Assembly (NCBI GenBank): GCA_963836185.1
Contig: CAWIIQ010000002.1
Span: 1-64,000 of the forward strand
Reading direction: 5' to 3'
Source: Candidatus Krumholzibacteriia bacterium
GTDB lineage: Bacteria; Krumholzibacteriota; Krumholzibacteriia; Krumholzibacteriales; Krumholzibacteriaceae
Length of the DNA stretch: 64,000 nucleotides
In this document: positions 33,999-43,808 of the stretch, piece by piece
Numbering within the stretch: the stretch's first letter is position 1
How the letters are laid out: the number at the start of each line of letters is the position of its first letter
Position numbers and translations under genes: made by a program
The notes under the pieces: generated by a model
What the model was told of the DNA's origin: nothing
Database searches by the model: none
Seen by the model: only the letters and a program-made list of their open reading frames with translations

Positions 33999-34325
33999 AT
34001 GGTCGTTCAGGCTCACGGCGAACCGGCCGAACAGGGTTTCGGCAAGTGGTTCGACGATTTCAGAGAGATGGTGTCGCACGGGATAATATCGAGACGCAGT
34101 AAGGACTATAACGCGTGGAGCATCCCCGCGTGGTGGTTTCAGCTCCAGGCGGGAAGGTACGCCGCCAAGGGTCCGGAGCGCGGCGGTATCCCCCCCGAAT
34201 TCGTCATCATGGTGACCGACGAGGAGGGGAATCTCATCGATACATCGAAGCACAGGCTCTGGATCCGCGGATACAGGAGCTACGAGTCGGTATGCGAGGA
34301 TTTTCCGCCGATCTCCTGGCCATAG
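33999..34325 (+). CDS. Small Trp-rich hypothetical protein
   Basis: GGGGAGG RBS before ATG 33999; codon style resembles neighbouring genes; no family recognised. Confidence 0.5.
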   Translation: MVVQAHGEPAEQGFGKWFDDFREMVSHGIISRRSKDYNAWSIPAWWFQLQAGRYAAKGPERGGIPPEFVIMVTDEEGNLIDTSKHRLWIRGYRSYESVCEDFPPISWP

Positions 34326-34483
34326 GCCGCACAGGAACCTCCGGAAAGTGCTGGATACTCCCGGATGATCGTTGAATATTCGGACAACGGACTGTTCTTG
34401 TCTGTTTCAACGAGGTGGCGGGATATGCTACAATCGCCGCCACTGAATCCGGACTTCAGCACTTCAGACGGAGGTACCTCTTA

Positions 34484-36120
34484 ATGAGAACCTTGCTCAT
34501 CACGGCCCTGCTGCTCGTCGCGGCCCTTACTCTCGCGGCCCCGCCGGCGGGGGCCTGCACCAACTTCCTTATCACAAAGGGCGCTTCGACCGACGGCTCG
34601 ACGATGATCACGTACGCCGCCGACGCGCATGTGCTCTACGGCGAGCTGTACTACTGGCCGGCGCGCGATCATCTGCCCGGCACGATGCTTGACATATACG
34701 AGTGGGACACCGGGAAGTATCTCGGGAAGATTCCGCAGGTCGAACATACATATTCGGTCATCGGCCTGATGAACGAGCACCAGGTGACGATCGGCGAGAC
34801 AACCTGGGGCGGACGCAAGGAGCTTCGCGACAGCACGGCGATCGTCGACTACGGCAGCCTGATGTTCCTTGCCCTGCAGAGGTCGAAGACGGCCCGCGAG
34901 GCGATAGAGGTCATGACGAGCCTCGTCGCCGAACATGGATACGCCAGCTCCGGCGAGTCGTTCTCGATAGCCGACCCGAACGAGGTCTGGTTCATGGACC
35001 TTATCGGCAAGACGCGCCTCGAATCCCGGCGCGGTCTGGGTCGCCCGCCGCGTTCCCGACGGATATATCTCGGCCCACGCCAACCAGGCACGCATCAGGC
35101 AGTTTCCCCGCAAGGACAAGAACTGTCTCTACGCCCCTGACGTCGTCGATTTTGCCCGTGAGATGGGATTCTACGATGGCTCGGACAAGGACTTCAGCTT
35201 TGCCGATGCCTACGCGCCCCTCGATTACGGCTCTCTTCGATTCTGCGAGGCGCGCGTCTACGCGATGTTCAACCGCGCCGCTCCCTCGCTCGAGATGTCG
35301 ATGGATTACGTGAAGGGCGTCGAGGGCTCCGAGCCGATGCCCCTCTGGATCAAGCCCGACAGGAAGCTCTCGGTGCATGACATCATGGAGTTCATGCGCG
35401 ACCATTTCGAGGGTACAGATTTCGACATGACTAAAGACATCGGTTCCGGCCCTTACGAGTGCCCCTATCGCTGGCGTCCGCTGACCTGGAAGGTCGACGA
35501 CGTCCAGTACGTCAACGAGCGCGCCACCTCGACCCAGCAGACCGGATTCTCGTTCGTCTCTCAGTGCCGCTCGTGGCTTCCCGATCCGATAGGCGGGGTG
35601 CACTGGTTCGGCGTCGACGATACGTACAGCACCGTCTACAACCCGATCTACTGCGGAAGCAGGAGGGTTCCCGAAGTCGTACGCGGTCGGTAACGGCGAC
35701 TTCCATGACTTCACGTGGGACTCGGCGTTCTGGGTCTTCAACTGGGTCTCGAACTACGCTTATTCCCGCTACAGCGAGATGATCGTCGATATCAGGCTTC
35801 TGCAGAGCGAGCTCGAGGGGACCTATCTCGCCGACCAGAGGAGGATAGACGAGGCGGCAGCGGCGCTTTACGAGCAGTCGCCCAATCTCGCGATCGAGTA
35901 TGTTACCGAATACTCTACCCGTACGGCCGATTCCACAGTCGACCGCTGGCGCAGGCTCGGTACCGACCTGCTGGTCAAGTACATGGACGGCAATCTCAAG
36001 GACGAGCTGGGTAACGTCAAGCATATCGGCTATCCCGAGTCGTGGTACAGGAAGGTCTCGGAATCGACCGGCGACCATCTCAAGTATAAGGCGCTCGAGG
36101 GTGAGGAGGGCGGCCACTAG
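34484..36120 (+). CDS. C69-family (Ntn-hydrolase) exported dipeptidase; frameshifts near 35010 and 35675
   Basis: GGAGG RBS; signal peptide followed by nucleophile C-TNFLIT; MNEHQVTIGETT; SGESFSIADPNEVW. Shifted frames supply GAVWVARRVPDGYISAHANQARI and SAFWVFNWVSN. Confidence 0.85.
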
Positions 36121-36156
36121 GCCCTGTCCCGGATCCTGAAATACGATATGACAGAT

Positions 36157-36185
36157 GCGCCGCGGACCGGTTCCGCGGCGCTTTT
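36157..36185 (+). terminator. Rho-independent terminator
   Basis: GCGCCGCGGA-CCGGT-TCCGCGGCGC followed by TTTT. Confidence 0.7.
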
Positions 36186-36389
36186 CTGTAAGGAACCGGT
36201 CTTGCATGTAAACTGGATGTTACAGTCCGGGCCGGGAAAGGGATCCGGCTCTGAAAGCCTAAATCCGGGCTAACGAGAGTAAAAACAAATAGATACGCCG
36301 ATGTTGGTCCCCGGGGAACAACGGGGAACGATGAGGAATTATGCAACACGGGCTTGTGCTTTGCCACACCGGGTAAAACAGGGATGGAT

Positions 36390-37370
36390 ATGATGAAGGA
36401 ACTGACTATCAAATGTGTCGACGCTTTCACCAACAGGTCGTTTTCCGGCAACCCGGCGGGGATAATAATGGGCGCCGACAGCCTGTCCACAGAAGTGATG
36501 CAGTCCATAGCGAGCCAGATGTATCTCAACATCATCGAATGCGGATTCGTGATGGAGTCGAAGGACAGCGACACGGCGTGCCGCATCAGGTATTTCACGC
36601 CGAGACGCGAGATGGCGTGCAGCGGCCATGTGACGATAGCGGCATGCTACTCGATGATCGAGGACTGGAGTATCCCTCTTTCTGACGGAGTGACGGATGT
36701 CACATTCGAGACAGGTATGGGCAAGGTGAAGGTCGATATACACGCAAACTCGAGCGGCAGTAACGTGACAGATCTGAGTTGTCTCGAAAGAATCATGATG
36801 CACCAGCCATTCCAGCGATATCGCGAGGCCGACATCCCTGTCGATGAGATAGCGGATGTATTATGCATAGACCGCAGCGAGATTACGATGACCGGCCTTC
36901 CCGTTGTGATCGCGTCGGCAGATGTCGACTGGCTGCTTATCCCGATAAACAGCAAGGAAACGATCTCGAACCTTCAGCCCGACCTAATAAAGCTCGGGAT
37001 GTTCAACAAGAAATACAACACATTCACAAATCACATCTTTACTCTCGATACTTTCAGCGAGGAATGCATCTCGTACGCGAGGCATTTCGGCCCCGCGATG
37101 GGCCTATGGGAGGATCCCGCGACAGCGATGTCGTCGGGGGGACTCGGGGAGTACCTGATGAAGTACGGGGTTACGAGATCGGGCTCGATGATAATGGAGC
37201 AGGGAAGCGACATCGATCGCCTCGCCAGGATATTTGTCGAGATCGAGCCGGACAATAGCGGTATTAATAAGGTTAAGATAGGGGGTACTGCTACAACCTC
37301 TATCGTCAGGAAGCTGCAGATCGACGGTAACGCCCTAGAGATAGTCGACGAGCCCGTGACTGTCTCCTGA
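36390..37370 (+). CDS. PhzF-family isomerase/epimerase
   Basis: VDAFT..FSGNPAG, RIRYFTP..E...GH, ARHFGP..G..EDPAT, MEQG. Confidence 0.85.
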   Translation: MMKELTIKCVDAFTNRSFSGNPAGIIMGADSLSTEVMQSIASQMYLNIIECGFVMESKDSDTACRIRYFTPRREMACSGHVTIAACYSMIEDWSIPLSDGVTDVTFETGMGKVKVDIHANSSGSNVTDLSCLERIMMHQPFQRYREADIPVDEIADVLCIDRSEITMTGLPVVIASADVDWLLIPINSKETISNLQPDLIKLGMFNKKYNTFTNHIFTLDTFSEECISYARHFGPAMGLWEDPATAMSSGGLGEYLMKYGVTRSGSMIMEQGSDIDRLARIFVEIEPDNSGINKVKIGGTATTSIVRKLQIDGNALEIVDEPVTVS

Positions 37371-37408
37371 CACTGATTATATGACGCCGGTCGCCCGTTC
37401 GGGCACGA

Positions 37409-38068
37409 CTATTCCCTGTATTTATCAGCGAGCTCGCCGACACCGCCGATGCGTCCGCCGAGGCCGTAGAAACCATATCCCCCGATGCTCCAGATGAACG
37501 GTTTATGCTTGCCAGGGTCAGGAGAGCCTCCCTCGCCGAGTATTTCCTCGTCCGCCTTGACGTCGATTATCTCCCCGATGAACATCGTATGGAGGCCGAG
37601 CTCGACCGTCTTTATAAGCTTACATTCGATTACCAGCTCGCATTCCTTTATATAGGGGGCGTCGACAAGTTCGCTTTTCACGGCGGTCAGGCCTGTGTCG
37701 GCAAACTTGTCCGTATCCCTTCCAGAGACTACTCCGGCGTATGCCGTAGCGGCGGCCAGTTTCTCCGAGGGGATGTTCACCGTGTATGCCCCGTGCTCCT
37801 TTATATTGCCGAATGTATATGTCGCTTCTCTCAGGGAGATAGTGACGCACGGCGGCTTGGAGCAGGCCATCCCCACCCAGGAGGCCGTCATCATGTTCGG
37901 CTTGCCTTCGGCGTCGTACGTGCAGATCAACCATGCCGGCGCCGGCGGCGCTATCGTCTTCGCCCCGAGCGATTTCTTTTCCGCTCCGGCAGGGCCTGCC
38001 GCGGTCATTACCAGGGCTGCGGCGACAGCGGTCAGTATTATTATGGATGCGATACGGGTTGCTTTCAT
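37409..38068 (-). CDS. Flavin reductase-like (flavoredoxin) protein with N-terminal signal peptide
   Basis: AGGAG RBS; signal peptide; PNMMTASW, SGRDTDKF, APYIKEC, HTMFIGEI. Confidence 0.85.
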   Translation of the reverse strand: MKATRIASIIILTAVAAALVMTAAGPAGAEKKSLGAKTIAPPAPAWLICTYDAEGKPNMMTASWVGMACSKPPCVTISLREATYTFGNIKEHGAYTVNIPSEKLAAATAYAGVVSGRDTDKFADTGLTAVKSELVDAPYIKECELVIECKLIKTVELGLHTMFIGEIIDVKADEEILGEGGSPDPGKHKPFIWSIGGYGFYGLGGRIGGVGELADKYRE

Positions 38069-38505
38069 CTGGTGTCTCCTTCTGTAAGTGGATGTCCGGA
38101 CAGAGATCCGGCTGAATCAACGGTTCCTTATTATCGGTTCAGACAGCGGGTCGTTGTCAAGCGGCATTCTTTCCTCGCATTCCGCCGGAGGCCTCATCGG
38201 AGACGTCCGGGTCCGCATCTGACCTGTTGGACTCGGTGGTGGATTCGCATCTTTCATGGATATTGGCATATTTATTCCTCGCCGAAGACTCACCCGGGGC
38301 GCCCTGTTGCACATGATTCCGCATGGCACCTCGTCAACTATACCGGAATACTTCCTTGAAAAAATAAGCGTTTCGGCTCCCTTTTCGGGGGAAGATTTAT
38401 GACGCTGTAACAGGTTGTGGGTACGAAGCTTGCACTTCCCGCATGAGACAGGCTCCGGCGGCAGCGATGGCTGATGAATCTGCGCGGCGGCGCCTGGCCG
38501 GGGCA

Positions 38506-38521
38506 AGGCACGCTTTTTGCG
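38506..38521 (+). promoter_or_regulatory. Putative sigma54 (-24/-12) promoter of the pilin operon
   Basis: AGGCACGCTTTTTGCG matches TGGCACG-N4-TTGC with exact GG-N10-GC spacing, about 40 nt before the first pilin ATG. Confidence 0.65.
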
Positions 38522-38558
38522 TTATGGCGGGTGGAAGTAACATATGGATGGAGCGATC

Positions 38559-39032
38559 ATGAATAAGATTAGAAGAAATATCAGAGGATTCACTCTCACA
38601 GAGCTGATGATCGCCATAACGATCCTCGGGCTCATCGCGGTGCTGTCAGTTCCTAACTACCAGCGGTTCATGATGGGGTGGAGGCTCAACGGAGAGACGC
38701 AGCAGCTTGCCAGCGCTCTCAGGACGGCCCGTTCATCGGCTGTTATGAAGAACATCGATGTCGTTTTCACCTTCGATCCTGATGCCAACACGTACTCATG
38801 GTTCGAGGATATGAACAGGAACGGCAATCTGGACAACGGCGAATACGAGAGTGCAGAATTCGAGCTCACAGATACGGTGGAGATCGCCGCACATACTCTC
38901 TCGAGCACTGTCCTGACCTTCGGAAGCAAGGGCAATACGAGAGAGAGCGGTTCGATAACGTTGCGAAATCCGCTGAACAATGTAAGAAGCGTAAGGATCT
39001 TCGGCGGGACCGGGAACGTCACCGTCGACTGA
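38559..39032 (+). CDS. FimT/FimU (GspH-like) minor pilin
   Basis: Class III signal RRNIRG|FTLTELMIAITILG; LASALRTARSSAV; TFGSKG...GSITL. Confidence 0.85.
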   Translation: MNKIRRNIRGFTLTELMIAITILGLIAVLSVPNYQRFMMGWRLNGETQQLASALRTARSSAVMKNIDVVFTFDPDANTYSWFEDMNRNGNLDNGEYESAEFELTDTVEIAAHTLSSTVLTFGSKGNTRESGSITLRNPLNNVRSVRIFGGTGNVTVD

Positions 39033-39049
39033 CAAGGGAAGTAAGAACG

Positions 39050-39433
39050 ATGTTGAAGTCAGAAAAAGGCATAGGGCTCATAGAGATCATCATCGCGATG
39101 CTTATATTCGCCATCGGCATAACGGCCGCGATAAGGACGCTGCCGGTCAGCAATACAGCGACGACCCGCTCCAGGAATCTGACGATGTCGACGAATCTTG
39201 CCCAGCAGAAGATCGAGGAGCTTATGGGCACGCCGTTCACCAGCACTGATCTGAATGCGGGAGCCCACGATGATCCGGATAATCCAATAGAACGTATTTA
39301 CACGCGTACCTGGAACGTCACGGACAACGACCCTGTTTCCGACATGAAGACGGTCACCGTAACAGTGACCTACCTGTCGGGCAACAGCGATAACTCGGTG
39401 ACTCTTTCCACGTACCTGACATCCAGACGGTAG
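39050..39433 (+). CDS. PilV-like minor pilin
   Basis: KSEKG|IGLIEIIIAMLIFAIG; LAQQKIEEL; YTRTWNV...KTVTVTVTY. Confidence 0.8.
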   Translation: MLKSEKGIGLIEIIIAMLIFAIGITAAIRTLPVSNTATTRSRNLTMSTNLAQQKIEELMGTPFTSTDLNAGAHDDPDNPIERIYTRTWNVTDNDPVSDMKTVTVTVTYLSGNSDNSVTLSTYLTSRR

Positions 39434-39440
39434 GTTTGCC

Positions 39441-42413
39441 ATGAGAATCTTCAGAAAGAACAGAGATGCAGGGTTCACGCTGATCGAGATCATGATGAGT
39501 ATGATCGTAATGGGATTCGTCCTGATCTCGGTGGCGGGCATATTCGCCCTCTACCAGAAAGGGTCGGCCAAGACACGTGACTACGCCGAGGCACAGCAGA
39601 ACTCAAGGGCTGCGCTCGACTGCATCACTGATCATCTCAGGCAGGCTGGATCGCAGACTGATTATTTCAGGGGGCAGAGGCCTATAGTCCATGCCGGCCC
39701 CTACCAGGTCGCTTTGAACGCCGATATAGACAACGGAAGGACCATCGACGGCCTGGCGCCGTTGGTGGCGATCAATCCGGCTACGGCGCCCAATACGGTC
39801 CCTTCCGGCGGTACTACTATGTACGCGCCCACCTCGATGTTCGACTCGGAGGCGGAGACGATCGTCTTCAGCCTCGACTCGAACGCCGACGGGGTCATAA
39901 ATGCCGGCGACCGTGGTGACGATATCGAGGAGGACGGCGCGAACGACAACCTCTTCGTGATGAAGAAATACACGTACGGATTCGACGGCGCCCGCAACGA
40001 GGTCCGTGACGCGAATATCGCGATAGTCCGCGGGCCGAACCTGCAGGCGACATGGACGATACCTCAGCCGCTCTTCCAGTACTGGTACGATCATGACGAT
40101 AACCCCGCCACCGATAACCGGCTCTGGGGTGACTCCAACGGAAGCGGACAGCTCGAGGACTCGGAATCGCTCGCCGTTACGGCGATGCCGGACAACCTCC
40201 TTGCCCAGATACGCAGGATCAAGGTCACGACGATCTCCGAGTCGGACCGGTACGACAAGAACTACGAGACTAACGGCGGATACCTCGACGTCACGATGAC
40301 TTCAGAGGTCTATGTGAGGAACTCGCAGATCGCGAGCTCGATAATCCGTGGAAAGGTATTCCATGACGCGGACAAGGACGGCAAGATCGACAACGGCGAA
40401 TCGGGTATCCCGAACGTCAAGGTCCGTCTCGCCGGCCAGAACCGCGACGTGATAACCGATAACTTCGGGGTGTTCTACTTCCCGCTGCCGGCTGGAACGT
40501 ATTCGATCCAGGAAGTCGATCCTCCCGGCTACACGTCTACGACGAACAACCTCGTATCGATCACGCTCGCTTCGGGACAGTCACAGGTCGTCAACTTCGG
40601 CGATATCGCTACGGCGCCGTTCGGCGTGATAAACGGGTACATCTTCGAGGACGAGGACAAGGACGGAGTAAAGGGGCTTGGAGAGAAGGGCCTTCCCGGC
40701 GTGCTGATGTCGCTCGATGACGGGTCACAGGTCATGTCGGACAATATGGGTTACTACGCTTTTACCGCCATGCAGGGCGAATATGTCATCGTAGAGACCG
40801 ACCCGGTCGGCTACTCGTCGACGACTTCCAACTCCGCGACCGCGTCTATCGTCGATCAGGACGATACAGTGACGGTGAATTTCGGTGACTTTGCCGGGCC
40901 GACTTCCGGCGTTCTCGAGGGATACGTCTTTATCGATGAGAACGATGACGGGATCAGGAACTCGATGGAAGAGGGTATCCCCAACGTCACCATCACCGTC
41001 TCGAACTACGACTCGACACTGACGAACGCGAGCGGGTACTACCTGTTCAACCTCGAGCCGAACACGTACTCGGTGACCGAGAGGGATCCGACAGGATATA
41101 CATCGACTACTGTGAATACTTATTCAGACATCGTCATCACTGCCGATACTACCGTTGCGCGCAACTTCGGCGATGTGCTCGAAAACCGCCAGGACTTCGT
41201 GGAGATCCACATCTCGAACACCGAGAGGGTGCTGTCCGTGACGACAGGCAACCTCTCCGAGGATAATAACCACGACCAGGATATCGTCCTCGGGACGGCC
41301 CTGGGCGGCGGGATCGGGAACATGCTTGTCTTCTACAATGAATGGGAGAACTCCACGACGCCGGTCCACGAGCTCTTCAATTCTGATCCCGCATACAGGC
41401 GCGACGCGGGGTACAACATCAACGCGATGGTGAGGCTCGACCTCTCCGGCGACGGGGTCCCCGACATCGTGACAGGGCTCGACACAGATACCGAACGGAA
41501 CATCCAGGTCTGGATGACAGAGGATGAGGGTGTCCTCACTACCTCGCCAGTCTACTCTTTCACTTCCGACGGCTCGAATGAAGCGATGGACCTGAAGCTC
41601 GTCGATCTCGACGACGATGGCCGCGAGGATCTCGTCGTGGGGCTCAAGTCGCCCTTCGGATCGGTCGGAGGCTTCCAGGTATTCAGGGGGATGGGTAACG
41701 GAGACTTCATGCCGATGCAGTATATAATTCAGGCGCTGAGTGAGACCGAGGTGCCCCTTGGCGAGATATGGGCCGTGGAAACGGGCGACATGGATGGAGA
41801 CGGAGACCAGGATATCGTCGTGGGTTCGCACACCTCGCCGTACTATGGATACATCGACATATATGAGAACGTCGGTTACGCCTCAGGTGATTTCAAGTGG
41901 GCCCAGCGCTACCAGGCATGGGGCGCGGTCAACGACCTGAAGGTCCTCGATATGATGGAGGACGACTCAGGCGATGATGACATCGTAGCGGCCCTCACGA
42001 TGGGAAATAACTACGGGCACATCATGCTCTGGCACAACGAGGGCGGGCTGATGGGAATCCCCGATACGACGGGTTATTCCTTCGGCTCCGAGGTGCAGGC
42101 TACGCTGCCCGACGACTGGCTGTACGCCGATGGCGAAGCGCTCTGCCTCGCTGTTCTTCATCTCAATAACGACGTGTTCCCCGACCTGGCGTACGGGACG
42201 AGGGATTCTGATGTGTATACCGGCAATGTCTACGTACTTGCCGCTTACGGAACGCTTCCGGCGTACGGCGACCAGATCAACCAGACCGTGTCTGGAGAGG
42301 TCGTATCACTCGCCGTCGCTGATTTCAACAAGGATGTCAGACCGGACATAGTCGTGGGTACCAGGTCCACGGCTACCCAGGGAAGGCTTGTAGCCTATTT
42401 CGGCAGGGACTAA
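39441..42413 (+). CDS. Giant PilW-like minor pilin (990 aa) with three SdrD-B-like repeats and a C-terminal FG-GAP beta-propeller
   Basis: RDAG|FTLIEIMMSM; AQQNSRAALD...LRQAG; three GxVFxDxDxDG..D..ExGxPxVxxxL repeats from ~40341; seven DxxxDGxxDIVxG-type motifs from ~41240. Confidence 0.85.
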   Translation: MRIFRKNRDAGFTLIEIMMSMIVMGFVLISVAGIFALYQKGSAKTRDYAEAQQNSRAALDCITDHLRQAGSQTDYFRGQRPIVHAGPYQVALNADIDNGRTIDGLAPLVAINPATAPNTVPSGGTTMYAPTSMFDSEAETIVFSLDSNADGVINAGDRGDDIEEDGANDNLFVMKKYTYGFDGARNEVRDANIAIVRGPNLQATWTIPQPLFQYWYDHDDNPATDNRLWGDSNGSGQLEDSESLAVTAMPDNLLAQIRRIKVTTISESDRYDKNYETNGGYLDVTMTSEVYVRNSQIASSIIRGKVFHDADKDGKIDNGESGIPNVKVRLAGQNRDVITDNFGVFYFPLPAGTYSIQEVDPPGYTSTTNNLVSITLASGQSQVVNFGDIATAPFGVINGYIFEDEDKDGVKGLGEKGLPGVLMSLDDGSQVMSDNMGYYAFTAMQGEYVIVETDPVGYSSTTSNSATASIVDQDDTVTVNFGDFAGPTSGVLEGYVFIDENDDGIRNSMEEGIPNVTITVSNYDSTLTNASGYYLFNLEPNTYSVTERDPTGYTSTTVNTYSDIVITADTTVARNFGDVLENRQDFVEIHISNTERVLSVTTGNLSEDNNHDQDIVLGTALGGGIGNMLVFYNEWENSTTPVHELFNSDPAYRRDAGYNINAMVRLDLSGDGVPDIVTGLDTDTERNIQVWMTEDEGVLTTSPVYSFTSDGSNEAMDLKLVDLDDDGREDLVVGLKSPFGSVGGFQVFRGMGNGDFMPMQYIIQALSETEVPLGEIWAVETGDMDGDGDQDIVVGSHTSPYYGYIDIYENVGYASGDFKWAQRYQAWGAVNDLKVLDMMEDDSGDDDIVAALTMGNNYGHIMLWHNEGGLMGIPDTTGYSFGSEVQATLPDDWLYADGEALCLAVLHLNNDVFPDLAYGTRDSDVYTGNVYVLAAYGTLPAYGDQINQTVSGEVVSLAVADFNKDVRPDIVVGTRSTATQGRLVAYFGRD

Positions 42414-42451
42414 TCATCCCGCCTGGAGGGACAGGAAAGGACTGAATAGAA

Positions 42452-43714
42452 ATGAACGGCAAGATCAACGGAAAGCTGAAGGCGGAAAGCGGGAACGTCC
42501 TCGTGGTGACGCTGCTCGTCCTGTTCGCCATATCGGTGATAGGAGCGACGCTGGCGATGGTCTCCTCGATGGACCTGAAGATATCGGGTAACCAGAGAAC
42601 GACCACCCAGTCGCTGTTCATCGCCGAGGCGGGGCTGAACGAGGCGATCCACAGGCTGTCGCTGCCCAACCCGACAGATGTCGCCATCGGCGGCTGGACG
42701 GGAAACGTCGCGATCGGCGACACCGAGCCGTACGATCCGAACTGGAAGACGTACGTGTACCTTACGGCGCCGGGATCGGCTCCGACGCTCGGCGGGAGTA
42801 ATATCTCGACCGGGACACTCCAGGATCCTAACGGAGATTATCTCGGGTACAGCCAGACGACTGGCACCGATGGTGTCCTGGTCGTCGAGCACAAGTGGGA
42901 GGACCTCGATGGTGACGGGGCGAGGGACGTAAACGAGATCGTCCGGTACGATCCGATGAAGATCCCCCCGGAGAACTTTTCGTCGGGATTCCCCGTTGAA
43001 CTGATAACCGTGACTGGTGAATCGGCCAACGGTGAAAGGGTCATCCAGGCAGAGGTGACGAAGAGGACGATGATAGCCCGGACGCTCGGCGCGCTGTATG
43101 TCGACAAAGCGGTCAAGCTGACCGGTAACTGCGCCTTCTGCGGACACAACCATGACCTGGCCACTCCGCCGGGCACCCAGCCAAATGCATGCAAGGCATG
43201 GCATCTGCCTACGGGAAACCTGCCGGGAGTGACTAGTACCGGTGACGTCGTCAAGACGCAGGGATCGGCCGATATTCTCGGCGATCCACAGCCTATCGAC
43301 GATGACGCGGGCAACCCGTTTTATTCGCTTGCCGAGGTGCTCGGGCTCTCCGATTCCGAGGTGGCCAGCATCCTCGCCAAGGCGGATAACACCTCGATGG
43401 TAGATCCGCTCAACGGCATCACCTACATACAGGGTGACGCCAAGATCACGAGCAACCTGACCGGCAAGGGCCTGATCTATGTCACGGGCGACCTGCAGGC
43501 GGCGGGAAGCTTCCATTTCCAGGGCCTGATCTACGTCGAGGGGGATGTCCACTTTACAGGTACGCCGTGGGTCCTCGGCTCGATGATCGTGCGCGGGACC
43601 TCCGACTTCAACTTCTCCTCCGGTAACGCGGGCGTACTCTACAGCAAGGACGCTATCTCACAGGCGCTGAGCGGCATGATGCCGTGCATAGTACTCTCGT
43701 GGAGGGAGATGTAG
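42452..43714 (+). CDS. PilX-like minor pilin with extended C-terminal beta-solenoid
   Basis: ESG|NVLVVTLLVL without Glu5, as in PilX; SLFIAEAGLNEA; repeated GLIYVxGD. Confidence 0.8.
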   Translation: MNGKINGKLKAESGNVLVVTLLVLFAISVIGATLAMVSSMDLKISGNQRTTTQSLFIAEAGLNEAIHRLSLPNPTDVAIGGWTGNVAIGDTEPYDPNWKTYVYLTAPGSAPTLGGSNISTGTLQDPNGDYLGYSQTTGTDGVLVVEHKWEDLDGDGARDVNEIVRYDPMKIPPENFSSGFPVELITVTGESANGERVIQAEVTKRTMIARTLGALYVDKAVKLTGNCAFCGHNHDLATPPGTQPNACKAWHLPTGNLPGVTSTGDVVKTQGSADILGDPQPIDDDAGNPFYSLAEVLGLSDSEVASILAKADNTSMVDPLNGITYIQGDAKITSNLTGKGLIYVTGDLQAAGSFHFQGLIYVEGDVHFTGTPWVLGSMIVRGTSDFNFSSGNAGVLYSKDAISQALSGMMPCIVLSWREM

Positions 43715-43754
43715 GCTCGATAAGCCTGCTTTAAGACCGAATCACGAAATCAAC

Positions 43755-43784
43755 AGCCCGCTGCCGGATATCCGGCAGCGGGCT
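43755..43784. terminator. Perfect 30-bp palindrome, bidirectional terminator between convergent operons
   Basis: AGCCCGCTGCCGGATATCCGGCAGCGGGCT followed by TTCTT on the plus strand. Confidence 0.75.
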
Positions 43785-43808
43785 TTCTTATGCGCTGACA
43801 TATGAGTT

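Noticed and set aside
1270-35690. Programmed ribosomal frameshifting at the split genes
   Set aside because: No consistent slippery heptamer or stimulatory structure, both +1 and -1 shifts occur, and the gene families are unrelated.
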